This document shows positions 49,974-58,887 of a stretch of 64,000 nucleotides of DNA, in pieces. The stretch is from the IMG/VR virus record IMGVR_UViG_3300028886_000028, positions 32,001 through 96,000 of that record, one strand, 5' to 3'. Made by a program: the position numbers and the translations under genes. Source of the DNA: a virus. Lineage: Duplodnaviria; Caudoviricetes. Each line of letters opens with the position of its first letter. Position 1 is the stretch's first letter. Under the pieces are notes generated by a model. That model had not been told where the DNA came from and ran no database searches. It saw nothing but the letters and a program-made list of their open reading frames with translations.

Positions 49974-51329
49974 ATGTTAATTCAACCTAAACCATATATG
50001 GATAGATTACGACTCAGAAATCACGCTGTTGGAACTGAGCGTAGAAGAAATATGTCCAAAATTGTTTTGGAAAATCAAACATTTTTTCCAAAACCAGTAG
50101 AGTATGTAGATATAGATAAGGCTTTTTTTGATTGGGTTGACAAAAAATTAGATGTTGTTTACAACGGCAAAAAATTACCAACATACAAATTATTTAGTAA
50201 CCAAAAATTAAGCGAATATTCTCAAACTTGGGAAAATCTTGATGAAACAGGTAATATAATAATGAACTTTAAAACAATAACACGAGAAAATAACCCTCAG
50301 CATGGAGAAAGTCAGGGTGGCAATTATAATGTTCCCGGTAATCGTGATTATCCAATGTTTTATGTTCCAATACTGCAAGAAAATGGGGAAGAAGCTTATG
50401 ACCTTTATTCAATGAAACAGCCTTTGTCGGTCAATTTTATGTATACTGTATCAGTTATATGTAACAAATATGAAATTTTAAATAAGTTTAATGAATTAAT
50501 GCATTATGAATTCAGTGCATTAGAATGCTATATTTACCCTAATGAACACCCAATGCCTATGGTTATTGAAAACATAACAGACGAGTCAGAGTATAGCATA
50601 GATGATAGGAAATATTATTCTCAATCGTATCAAATTAAACTTATGGCTTACATAATAAGGAAAGAAGACTTTAAAGTTAGTAAAGTTCCTTCTAGGTTTA
50701 TTGTTAAAATAAATGATGTTAAGTCTAAAAAGAAATACAAGAAAAAAACTTTAAATGATTGCTGGCTTGGTAATTTAAACAATTTACCACTTGAAAACGA
50801 TGATAAAAAAGGTATAGAAAATGAATTACCAAAATTAGAACGTTCGTCAGCATTTGAAAAATGCGAAAAACCTATTGATTTAGCACCACCTCATAGAACC
50901 CCATCAGTCATAGTAGAAGAAGAAGTGCCTGAATGCTGTTTTAAACATGAAGACCCATATATTCACAAAAAGATAAAACTTATTGCAGATTTTCCTTATT
51001 GCGAAGAACATACAGTTACATTTACAGCAGACACAATCATAGATATTGATGAAATAGAAACAAATAATGTTCACGATTTCATTATAAAGATTAATGGAAA
51101 AGTTGAGACTTTTGAAGATGAAGTAAAGATAAATGTAGGCGATGAAATTTTTATTAATATAAGTAGAGAAGATGAATATGGAGATTCTTCATTAACAATT
51201 GTAGGAAGCGACCCGGAAACTGTTATTGATACAAGAATAGATTATGAATCAGAATTGGACACTCCAGTATCAGAAGAAGATATATACATAAATAAAGGCA
51301 ATAATATAGCAGTTGACACGAATAAATGA
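49974..51329 (+). CDS. Putative tail terminator/completion protein (gp15-like) with a C-terminal extension
   Basis: DIDxAFFDWV..P..VNFMYTVSV..YQIKLMAYI pattern; virion gene context. Confidence 0.45.
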   Translation: MLIQPKPYMDRLRLRNHAVGTERRRNMSKIVLENQTFFPKPVEYVDIDKAFFDWVDKKLDVVYNGKKLPTYKLFSNQKLSEYSQTWENLDETGNIIMNFKTITRENNPQHGESQGGNYNVPGNRDYPMFYVPILQENGEEAYDLYSMKQPLSVNFMYTVSVICNKYEILNKFNELMHYEFSALECYIYPNEHPMPMVIENITDESEYSIDDRKYYSQSYQIKLMAYIIRKEDFKVSKVPSRFIVKINDVKSKKKYKKKTLNDCWLGNLNNLPLENDDKKGIENELPKLERSSAFEKCEKPIDLAPPHRTPSVIVEEEVPECCFKHEDPYIHKKIKLIADFPYCEEHTVTFTADTIIDIDEIETNNVHDFIIKINGKVETFEDEVKINVGDEIFINISREDEYGDSSLTIVGSDPETVIDTRIDYESELDTPVSEEDIYINKGNNIAVDTNK

Positions 51330-51330
51330 G

Positions 51331-51359
51331 AAATGCAGCCATAAATGGCTGCATTTTTT
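51331..51359. terminator. Hairpin, copy 1 of the AAATGCAGCCA family
   Basis: aaatgcagccat-aa-atggctgcattttt between convergent genes. Confidence 0.8.
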
Positions 51360-51364
51360 GCTAT

Positions 51365-51724
51365 CTATATTATTGTTACTTCTGTTACTATTGTTTTTGC
51401 GCTATTAACAACAGAAGCCCTAAGTTTTATTAATTGGCTTATAAAAAATTGTTCTTTATTAGCGAAATCAGAAAGGTATGAATTGTAAATAAAATCATCA
51501 AAATTTTTTCTTTCTCCATTCCCAGTTTCAAAAACTAACTTATATTCTATAAAGTAGTCATCAACCTCAATATAATACGTAATTTGCTTTTTCAAAAATT
51601 TGTTCCATTCTTGTTTTTGAACTTTCTTTTTTGATTTTACAGCAGATAGTATATTAAGCCACAAATGCTGATTATGAGGTTTTTGAGTACTCTTTAATAA
51701 AGAATTAAAAATAATTTTTTCCAT
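51365..51724 (-). CDS. Hypothetical protein
   Basis: 119-aa ORF ending at a terminator. Confidence 0.5.
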   Translation of the reverse strand: MEKIIFNSLLKSTQKPHNQHLWLNILSAVKSKKKVQKQEWNKFLKKQITYYIEVDDYFIEYKLVFETGNGERKNFDDFIYNSYLSDFANKEQFFISQLIKLRASVVNSAKTIVTEVTII

Positions 51725-52075
51725 ATGACAACAATTAAAACTTTAATAGATATTGAAGAAATTCTTCTTAAAGCAGATAATGATTTAAGATATTCGTATT
51801 CTTTAAATGAATTGATGACAAGCGAAAAATATATAAAAGAGCTAGGAGAAATAACTAATCTTTTTTTTGCTGTTCAAATAGAATATGGTAAAATAAATGA
51901 TGAAAAAAATAATGATTATAAACAAAAATTGGTTGATTACCATAATAAATTAATTTCTGATGAACTAGATGTAAATATAGAAAAATATGTTGATTTCATC
52001 AAAAAAATTGAAAGCAAAATAAAAGATAAAGAATATTTTGATAAAGCAAAAAATATACTGGCTTTTAACAATTAA
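51725..52075 (+). CDS. Hypothetical protein
   Basis: 116-aa ORF ending at a terminator. Confidence 0.55.
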   Translation: MTTIKTLIDIEEILLKADNDLRYSYSLNELMTSEKYIKELGEITNLFFAVQIEYGKINDEKNNDYKQKLVDYHNKLISDELDVNIEKYVDFIKKIESKIKDKEYFDKAKNILAFNN

Positions 52076-52089
52076 GCCAGTATATTTTT
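52050..52089. terminator. Bidirectional terminator
   Basis: aaaatatactggctt..aagccagtatatttt. Confidence 0.75.
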
Positions 52090-53182
52090 ATACAAAACCT
52101 ATTTTCCTTTGTTTCTTTTCTGAAAAATCATTTTTCTTATGAGCATTATGAGCATCGGCAAGAGTCATAGGCTCTTTTGCTTCAGGATATATTGCTTTTG
52201 TTTTTTCTAATGATAATTCTTTAAATTCGTATTTTAAAGAAAGTCTTCCTTTCCTGAGAAGCGCTTTATCAACCTTTTCCAAATCACAATTGAATGTACA
52301 AATGAATTTAATTTTCATTGATTCTGCTATTATACCATCAGTTAGATTTAAAATAGTACCAATTGATTCATTTACACTATCTTCTCTACTTGATAACAAT
52401 TTTTCACAATCTTCAAACACTATTACAGCATTTTTGTTTTCCTGTAAAAACTCCAAAAACAAACCGTCACTTATAGATTCACATACAGATGTGTCAACAA
52501 ATATAAAGTTTGTTTCCCTGTTATCGTTTATTAAAGATTTAACCAATGATGTCTTGCCGGTTCCTGGCTTTCCGTAAAGCATAATAAGTCCTGCATTTTC
52601 ATCCCTTATGATTGAATTCATTTCTTTGTAAGGAACATCATCATTATAGTTGGTATCAATATTACTTTTCCAATCGTTAAATTTACAAACAGTTGTGTCA
52701 ATTGAATACTGGCCTCTATATGCTATCCTATAACTATTTTCATCGTTAATTACATTTTTAATAACAAGAGAACCTTCAATCAAACTGCATACAGTTTCTA
52801 AATCATCACGATTTGTTGCAATGCTAATGTCATCAATCGCTCCATATCCGGAGGTGTCAGCGTTAAGTTTTAGAATAATCTTATCTCCAACTATGAATAT
52901 TTGACCTTCGTGAATTTGGAACTTAATACCATCAAATGCTGCAACTAAATTTTTAACTGTTGGTGTTAAATCAATAATGTTGTTTCTACCATCCGTCATA
53001 GGCTCTTCAGAGCTAACAACTTCAACAGCAAAACCAGTTTTTTTCTTATTGAAATGATATATATAACCAATATCATCAAAAAGATAAGAGAACAATCTGA
53101 CTTTTGTTATTCCCTCATAACTGTCTATAGACATATCGCTAATAAGTTTAATTAAGCGAATTTTAATGTGTTCATCTAACAT
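52088..53182 (-). CDS. AAA+ ATPase
   Basis: GKPGTGKTS (Walker A), VFEDCE (Walker B), ILNLTDG, DKALLRKGR. Confidence 0.85.
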   Translation of the reverse strand: MLDEHIKIRLIKLISDMSIDSYEGITKVRLFSYLFDDIGYIYHFNKKKTGFAVEVVSSEEPMTDGRNNIIDLTPTVKNLVAAFDGIKFQIHEGQIFIVGDKIILKLNADTSGYGAIDDISIATNRDDLETVCSLIEGSLVIKNVINDENSYRIAYRGQYSIDTTVCKFNDWKSNIDTNYNDDVPYKEMNSIIRDENAGLIMLYGKPGTGKTSLVKSLINDNRETNFIFVDTSVCESISDGLFLEFLQENKNAVIVFEDCEKLLSSREDSVNESIGTILNLTDGIIAESMKIKFICTFNCDLEKVDKALLRKGRLSLKYEFKELSLEKTKAIYPEAKEPMTLADAHNAHKKNDFSEKKQRKIGFV

Positions 53183-53216
53183 TTAATATATTATTTGTAT
53201 TTATAGTTAAACTCGA

Positions 53217-53226
53217 TGCAAATATA
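53217..53226 (-). promoter_or_regulatory. Bacteroidota-type -7 promoter element
   Basis: TATATTTGCA on the minus strand upstream of the ATPase gene. Confidence 0.6.
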
Positions 53227-53392
53227 CATAAAAAAAATATAAAAAAAAACTTTTTTATGTTAAAAAATATTAAAATATTAGATATTAAATATTTGTTTAT
53301 ACGTTTTTTTTACATTTATTAATAAATTATCTAAAACTATCAAATATTTATTATTAAATAAAAATAATAAAATATAAAAATATAAAGAAATT

Positions 53393-56300
53393 ATGGCAGA
53401 TAATGCAAGAGGAGTTCATGTCTCACCTGGAGTTTATTCACGTGAAATCGACCTAACATATGCTGTGAAGAGTCTTGGTATTACAACACTCGGTGTTGCT
53501 GGCGAAACAATGCGTGGCCCAGCATTCCAACCAATGCATATTGAAAACTGGCGCCAATTTACTGAAGTTTTCGGTGGAACAAGTACAGAAAAATTTAAAG
53601 GAAGCCAATATCCTAAATATGAGTTACCTTATATTGCAAAGTCATATCTTACTGAATCTAAACAATTGGAAGTTGTTCGCGTTCTTGGACTTAGCGGATA
53701 TAAGGCTGGACCCGCATGGGTTGTAACAGCTAATAGGCCAAACGCTAATGGTGAAACGGTTAAAAAAGATATGGTTGTTGCAGTTCTCCGTTCAAGAGGA
53801 CATTATGAAAAATACCATAAGTTTGATGTAAATAAAGATTCATGCGAATGCCCTTCAAGTGCATATGATAAATTAATATATGAAGTTGGAGAAATAAAAA
53901 GAGAAAGCGGAACGTGCAATGTTTATGGCTATAACGATATTGTCAAACTTAAAGCCTATAAACCTTTGTATGCAGCAGGAAATGAATGTACAGGCTATGA
54001 AATAGACGGCATGGCCAGTGATTTCAAAGTAAGTTCAACAAATTATGGAAGATTTACAATTTATGGATTGAAAGGATTCCAATCTACTGGTACTACAGAA
54101 ATTTCTAGCGGCAATTCTGATTATTTTGAGTATTCTGTTTCTTTAAATCCTCATGATAAAGATTTTATTTTGAAAGTTTTAGGAACAGACCCTCAAGATG
54201 GCGATGCACCATTATATGTTGAATCATTGTATGATGTTGCACTTGCTCATGGTATTATGGATGGAATTACTGAACCAACTTATATTGACGGTATTAATCA
54301 AAAACTTACATTCTATAATGTATACGACCCATCTGATTATTGTGGTTTAGAGCCTATAAATGGTTTACTTAGGCTACAAGAATCTTCTTTACAGAGAAAA
54401 AATGTTGGTCAGAGATTTGTTGCAGATTGCAGCACAGTTAGCAACGAGGATTATAAAGGTGATGTGTACATTTATGCTCACCCATATGATTATGAGACAG
54501 GATTACCATTTACATTTGATAATTTGTTTAAAACAACCGCAACTGCAACAGAAAATAAAGATAGTTCTGGCTCTATAACATCATATACTGTTACAGTAAA
54601 TGGTAATTTAGATACAGAATTTGTTAGTAAAAATTTTGGCGATGCTTCCGGCTCTGTATGTTGCATTTATGATGATGAAATCAAAAAAATAGATGAAATT
54701 AATTTTACCGGTACCGGAACATGCGCAACAGCAGAAGAAAGCGGCACTACAGTTGAAGCAATAATCGCTGACCATTTTACACCTGAAGGGTTAATATTAT
54801 CAATAATAAATAAAGACCTTATTGGACAAGTATTTACAGTAGCAAGATATGTCGATAATCAAGGAAAAGTTCATTATTTCTACAAATACTATCCTGAAGC
54901 AAATGTAAAAAAATGGGGAGAAGACCATAAAAATGTTGACCTAGTTCCTATAGTTGATAAGTTGCAATCAGGTAGCGAATCTATTACAAACAAAGATTAT
55001 AATGATAAGGGAGAATCCACAAGACTTGTTATAGTTAAAAATTTAGCCGATAACTTGTACTATAAATTAGTGGAAGATGAAAATATTGAGAAATCTGATT
55101 GTGGCGGAAAAGATGTAAGGTTTGTAAATTGCGACCTTAACAACTATGCTTCTCCGTATAGATACGCTTCTACTCCTTGGATTGTTTCTAACCTTAAGGG
55201 AGATTACAATCATATAGAACTGAATAAGTTGTTCAGATTCCATACTATTTCTGATGGTACTAATTCTAACTACGAAATCAAGATTTCTATAGAAAATATT
55301 AGGCCTGATGAGGGTGTATTCGATGTAGTTGTAAGAGATATAAATGATAGTGATGAATTCATTATGCCACTTGAGAAATTCTCAAAATGTACATTAACCC
55401 CTGGCGATAGGAATTATATTGGTTATAAGATTGGTACATTTGATGGAATTTATGAAACAAAATCTAAATTCATTACAGTAGAGATTGCTGAAGGAACTGC
55501 TGTTGAACATTCTGCACCTGCTGGTTTCTTAGGATACCCAATGGCTCATTATGATGGTTTGGAAATTGTTTCTCCTAGCGAAGAAAATGAGAAAAAAGTT
55601 GATGGCCCAACTATCAAGTACAACTTGTACTACGATAATGATGTTAAGAACAGAAAACAGTATTTTGGCTTATCTACAAGAGTTGGTGTTGACGTAGACA
55701 CATTCACATATAAAGGAAAAGCCGCATATATTGATTTACCAGAGATGTTAACGCAAGGCTTCCACCTTGACTCAAGACTTGACAAGTCTAATTATAAAGG
55801 AGGGCATTTGCCATATATTACTGTCGATGGAGAAAGTGGCTATACATTCGATGCAGTATCTGTAAACAACAGAACATCAGTTCTTACTGACATTCCAGCC
55901 ATTGGAACTGAAGAACTTATGAACGGTTCAATTTATGAATACGTAAATCTTCGTAAGTTCACAGTTTATTTCTATGGAGGATTTGACGGATGGGACATTT
56001 ATAGGAATCAGAGAAGTAATACTGATGACTTTAAGATGTCTAAATATCTTGGAGTGTATGACAATAACAGTGGAGAAGGATATTCATTCAATAGAATTGA
56101 TGACCCTGATGGACTTGGTTTAAATCAAAATGGTATTACATCTGACTGGTATGCTTATCTTGCAGCATATAGACAGTTTGCTAACCCTGAAGCTGTAGAT
56201 ATTAACGTATTTGCTTCTCCTGGTATTGATTATGTTAATAACAAAACTCTTGTTAATGAAGTAATTGATATGCTTGAAGAGGAACGTGCAGACTCAATCT

Positions 56301-57025
56301 ATGTTGTTACAACTCCAGATAAACCAAGTGGTGCAGCAGATTTCGTAGACGAAATGTATACGCCTGACGATGCTGTTTATAACCTTGAGGATACTGAAAT
56401 TGATTCAAATTATACTTGTACATATTATCCTTGGGTTAAATATCTTGACCAAGATAATAACCAGTATATTTACTTGCCTGCGACAAAAGACGTTGTACGT
56501 AATTTCGCACAGACAGATAATCAAACATTCCCTTGGTTTGCACCAGCAGGTCTTGAACGTGGTGATGTTAATTGCGTAAGAGCACACTTCATTACAAAAT
56601 TAGCTGACGAAGATGTACTTTATGAAGGAAGAATTAACCCAATTAAGACATTCGCAACAGATGGAGTTAAAGTTTGGGGACAGAAAAACTTACAAGTACG
56701 TGAGTCACAACTTAACAGAATTGCAGTTCGTAGACTACTTCTTAGAATGAGAAAACTTATTGCAATCGCTTGCAGAAGTTTGATATTCGAGCCAAACGAC
56801 CCAGTAACAAAGAACATGTTCTTGAGCGCAGTTTCTCCAATTATGGACAATATTAGAGCGAATAGAGGTATTTCAGATTATAAGATTGAAGTAAATGATA
56901 CGCCTGAATCTCGTGACAGACGCGAATTACCGGCTAAGATATATTTCAAACCTTATAACGCATTAGAGTACGTTGTTCTTGACTTTATACTCACGCCAGA
57001 AGGTGTTTCATTTGATAATATTTAA
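53393..57025 (+). CDS. Tail sheath protein
   Basis: SPGVYSREID, GPAF.P, YYPW, PWFAPAGLERG, INPI, VWGQK, RIAVRRLL, FEPND. Confidence 0.95.
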   Translation: MADNARGVHVSPGVYSREIDLTYAVKSLGITTLGVAGETMRGPAFQPMHIENWRQFTEVFGGTSTEKFKGSQYPKYELPYIAKSYLTESKQLEVVRVLGLSGYKAGPAWVVTANRPNANGETVKKDMVVAVLRSRGHYEKYHKFDVNKDSCECPSSAYDKLIYEVGEIKRESGTCNVYGYNDIVKLKAYKPLYAAGNECTGYEIDGMASDFKVSSTNYGRFTIYGLKGFQSTGTTEISSGNSDYFEYSVSLNPHDKDFILKVLGTDPQDGDAPLYVESLYDVALAHGIMDGITEPTYIDGINQKLTFYNVYDPSDYCGLEPINGLLRLQESSLQRKNVGQRFVADCSTVSNEDYKGDVYIYAHPYDYETGLPFTFDNLFKTTATATENKDSSGSITSYTVTVNGNLDTEFVSKNFGDASGSVCCIYDDEIKKIDEINFTGTGTCATAEESGTTVEAIIADHFTPEGLILSIINKDLIGQVFTVARYVDNQGKVHYFYKYYPEANVKKWGEDHKNVDLVPIVDKLQSGSESITNKDYNDKGESTRLVIVKNLADNLYYKLVEDENIEKSDCGGKDVRFVNCDLNNYASPYRYASTPWIVSNLKGDYNHIELNKLFRFHTISDGTNSNYEIKISIENIRPDEGVFDVVVRDINDSDEFIMPLEKFSKCTLTPGDRNYIGYKIGTFDGIYETKSKFITVEIAEGTAVEHSAPAGFLGYPMAHYDGLEIVSPSEENEKKVDGPTIKYNLYYDNDVKNRKQYFGLSTRVGVDVDTFTYKGKAAYIDLPEMLTQGFHLDSRLDKSNYKGGHLPYITVDGESGYTFDAVSVNNRTSVLTDIPAIGTEELMNGSIYEYVNLRKFTVYFYGGFDGWDIYRNQRSNTDDFKMSKYLGVYDNNSGEGYSFNRIDDPDGLGLNQNGITSDWYAYLAAYRQFANPEAVDINVFASPGIDYVNNKTLVNEVIDMLEEERADSIYVVTTPDKPSGAADFVDEMYTPDDAVYNLEDTEIDSNYTCTYYPWVKYLDQDNNQYIYLPATKDVVRNFAQTDNQTFPWFAPAGLERGDVNCVRAHFITKLADEDVLYEGRINPIKTFATDGVKVWGQKNLQVRESQLNRIAVRRLLLRMRKLIAIACRSLIFEPNDPVTKNMFLSAVSPIMDNIRANRGISDYKIEVNDTPESRDRRELPAKIYFKPYNALEYVVLDFILTPEGVSFDNI

Positions 57026-57044
57026 AAACAGCATTTTATAATTG

Positions 57045-57077
57045 TTGTGGGTTAACTCTCGTTAGCCCACAATTTTT
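57045..57077 (+). terminator. Intrinsic terminator
   Basis: ttgtgggttaac-tctc-gttagcccacaa-ttttt. Confidence 0.75.
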
Positions 57078-57121
57078 ATTTTTCTTTTTTTGAAAATATT
57101 TATTGAAAAATAGTATACGTT

Positions 57122-57604
57122 ATGAAAAAACCTAGTAAAATTAAAACAGTATCTGCCAAAAAGGCATTTTTATTGCCATCTTCTTTCGCGGCAATAACTC
57201 TTTTTGGCGTGGTTTATTGCAAATCAAAAGCAAAAGCAGATAAAATAAATGAAAGCGATAAGATAGATAGTCAACTTGAAAGTCATGAAACAATACATGT
57301 TAGGCAAGCAGAGAGTACAAAAAATTCTTGGCTTTTGTTTTATTTAATTTACATTTGGCAATGGATTAAAAATTTACAATTAATTTTTATAGATTCACAC
57401 GCTCCTTATAAGTTCATGCCATTTGAATTGGAAGCGTATAGGTATCAAGATAATTGGGATTATTGTTTTGGAAAATGCGAAAAATGGAAAGAATATAATA
57501 AATTGAAATTAAAAGAAAAATATTATTTAGCAAAAAAGTATTATAGTAATAAAACATATTTTCCCAGTTTCATTTATAATAATGTGGATGAATTTTTAAA
57601 TTGA
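57122..57604 (+). CDS. HExxH-containing (zincin-like) protein
   Basis: AITLFG..HETIHVRQ..PFELEAY. Confidence 0.55.
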   Translation: MKKPSKIKTVSAKKAFLLPSSFAAITLFGVVYCKSKAKADKINESDKIDSQLESHETIHVRQAESTKNSWLLFYLIYIWQWIKNLQLIFIDSHAPYKFMPFELEAYRYQDNWDYCFGKCEKWKEYNKLKLKEKYYLAKKYYSNKTYFPSFIYNNVDEFLN

Positions 57605-57632
57605 TATAAATATTTATATAAAAAATATTAAC

Positions 57633-58028
57633 ATGAATAAAAAAAATAATTTTGTAAAAGATTTGCTTAAAGATTTAAAAAATACTTCTAAATATCTTTC
57701 AGAAGCATATATATTTGATGGCCAAGAAGGAGCGCCAGAAATACCAGGAGAAGAGCAAGAAATGTATCGCGGAGAACACCAAGTTGCTGACCCAACAGTT
57801 CCACAACAGCAGCCACAAGCTGCGCAACAAGGAGATAATGCGGAGGAACAAGCAATGCATGCACAAGAAGTTATTAAGCACGAACCAATTATCGGAAGAA
57901 TAAGAGAAACTGCCATAGAAGGATTGAAAAAATATTCTGACAATCCAACATCAAAACTTTATGAGTTCTTTAAAAAAGTGTTCTTGGAAAGCGATAAAGT
58001 TTTAACAGATACAGGAAGCAAAAATTAA
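57633..58028 (+). CDS. Hypothetical protein (acidic, Gln-rich)
   Basis: Own late-type motif at 57604-57619; LSE near the N-terminus. Confidence 0.65.
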   Translation: MNKKNNFVKDLLKDLKNTSKYLSEAYIFDGQEGAPEIPGEEQEMYRGEHQVADPTVPQQQPQAAQQGDNAEEQAMHAQEVIKHEPIIGRIRETAIEGLKKYSDNPTSKLYEFFKKVFLESDKVLTDTGSKN

Positions 58029-58084
58029 ATTAAATTTATTGCTGTAAAAGATAAATATTAATGGGAACAACATACTTGTTTATA

Positions 58085-58115
58085 AAAAATGCAGCCATTT
58101 TTGACTGCATTTTTT
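58085..58115. repeat. Hairpin, copy 2 of the AAATGCAGCCA family
   Basis: aaaaatgcagcca-tttt-tgactgcattttt. Confidence 0.7.
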
Positions 58116-58244
58116 GTTTATTGGGGCCAAACCATATATAATTGCCAAAATTTTAAAAAAAGAGAATTTTTTTGTTGAAAAAATATAATATTATATATTT
58201 ATATTAAATAATTAAAATAATCTAGATTAAAATATTTATTTACA

Positions 58245-58733
58245 ATGAGTGATTTACTTTTGAAAATGCCATTGAATTATGAGCCACTCCGGAAGAATAG
58301 ATGGCTATTTAGATTTCCAGCAGATTTGGGAATTCAAGAGTGGTGGTTATCAAGTGCAGCTCGTCCTTCAATAACACAGGATGAAACTCAAATACCTTTC
58401 TTGAACACTTCAACATATGTTGTAGGTCGTTATACTTGGGATACAATTCAGGTTACTCTTCGTGACCCAATCGGCCCTTCAGCATCACAGGCTGTTATGG
58501 AATGGGTTCGTTTACATTCTGAATCTGTAACTGGTAGACAAGGCTATGCAGCCGGTTACAAAAGAGATGTTGAACTTGAAATGCTTGACCCAACCGGTGT
58601 TGTGGTTTCAAAATGGATTCTTAAAAACTGTATGCTAACTACAGTAAACTTTGGTGACTTGGATTATCAGTCTAGTGATTTGGCAACAATTCAAATGACC
58701 CTGAGGTTTGATTATGCTATATTAGCGTATTAA
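58245..58733 (+). CDS. Tail tube protein (gp19-like)
   Basis: EPLRKNRW..RP..GRYTW..DPI..EW..YKRD..LDPTG..W..FGDLDY..LRFD; downstream of the sheath gene. Confidence 0.9.
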   Translation: MSDLLLKMPLNYEPLRKNRWLFRFPADLGIQEWWLSSAARPSITQDETQIPFLNTSTYVVGRYTWDTIQVTLRDPIGPSASQAVMEWVRLHSESVTGRQGYAAGYKRDVELEMLDPTGVVVSKWILKNCMLTTVNFGDLDYQSSDLATIQMTLRFDYAILAY

Positions 58734-58759
58734 TCTGATAATCATACTATTAGTAATTT

Positions 58760-58785
58760 TGGCGCGCTTTATGTGCGCCATTTTT
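58760..58785 (+). terminator. Intrinsic terminator of the tube gene
   Basis: tggcgcgc-tttat-gtgcgcca-ttttt. Confidence 0.75.
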
Positions 58786-58822
58786 ATTGGCAATAATATA
58801 GCAGTTTGCACAACTAATTCTT

Positions 58823-58851
58823 AAAATGCAGCCATTTCTGACTGCATTTTT
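58823..58851. repeat. Hairpin, copy 3 of the AAATGCAGCCA family
   Basis: aaaatgcagcca-tttc-tgactgcattttt. Confidence 0.7.
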
Positions 58852-58887
58852 CATTTGCACTGATATTTATTATAAAATTATAGTAAT

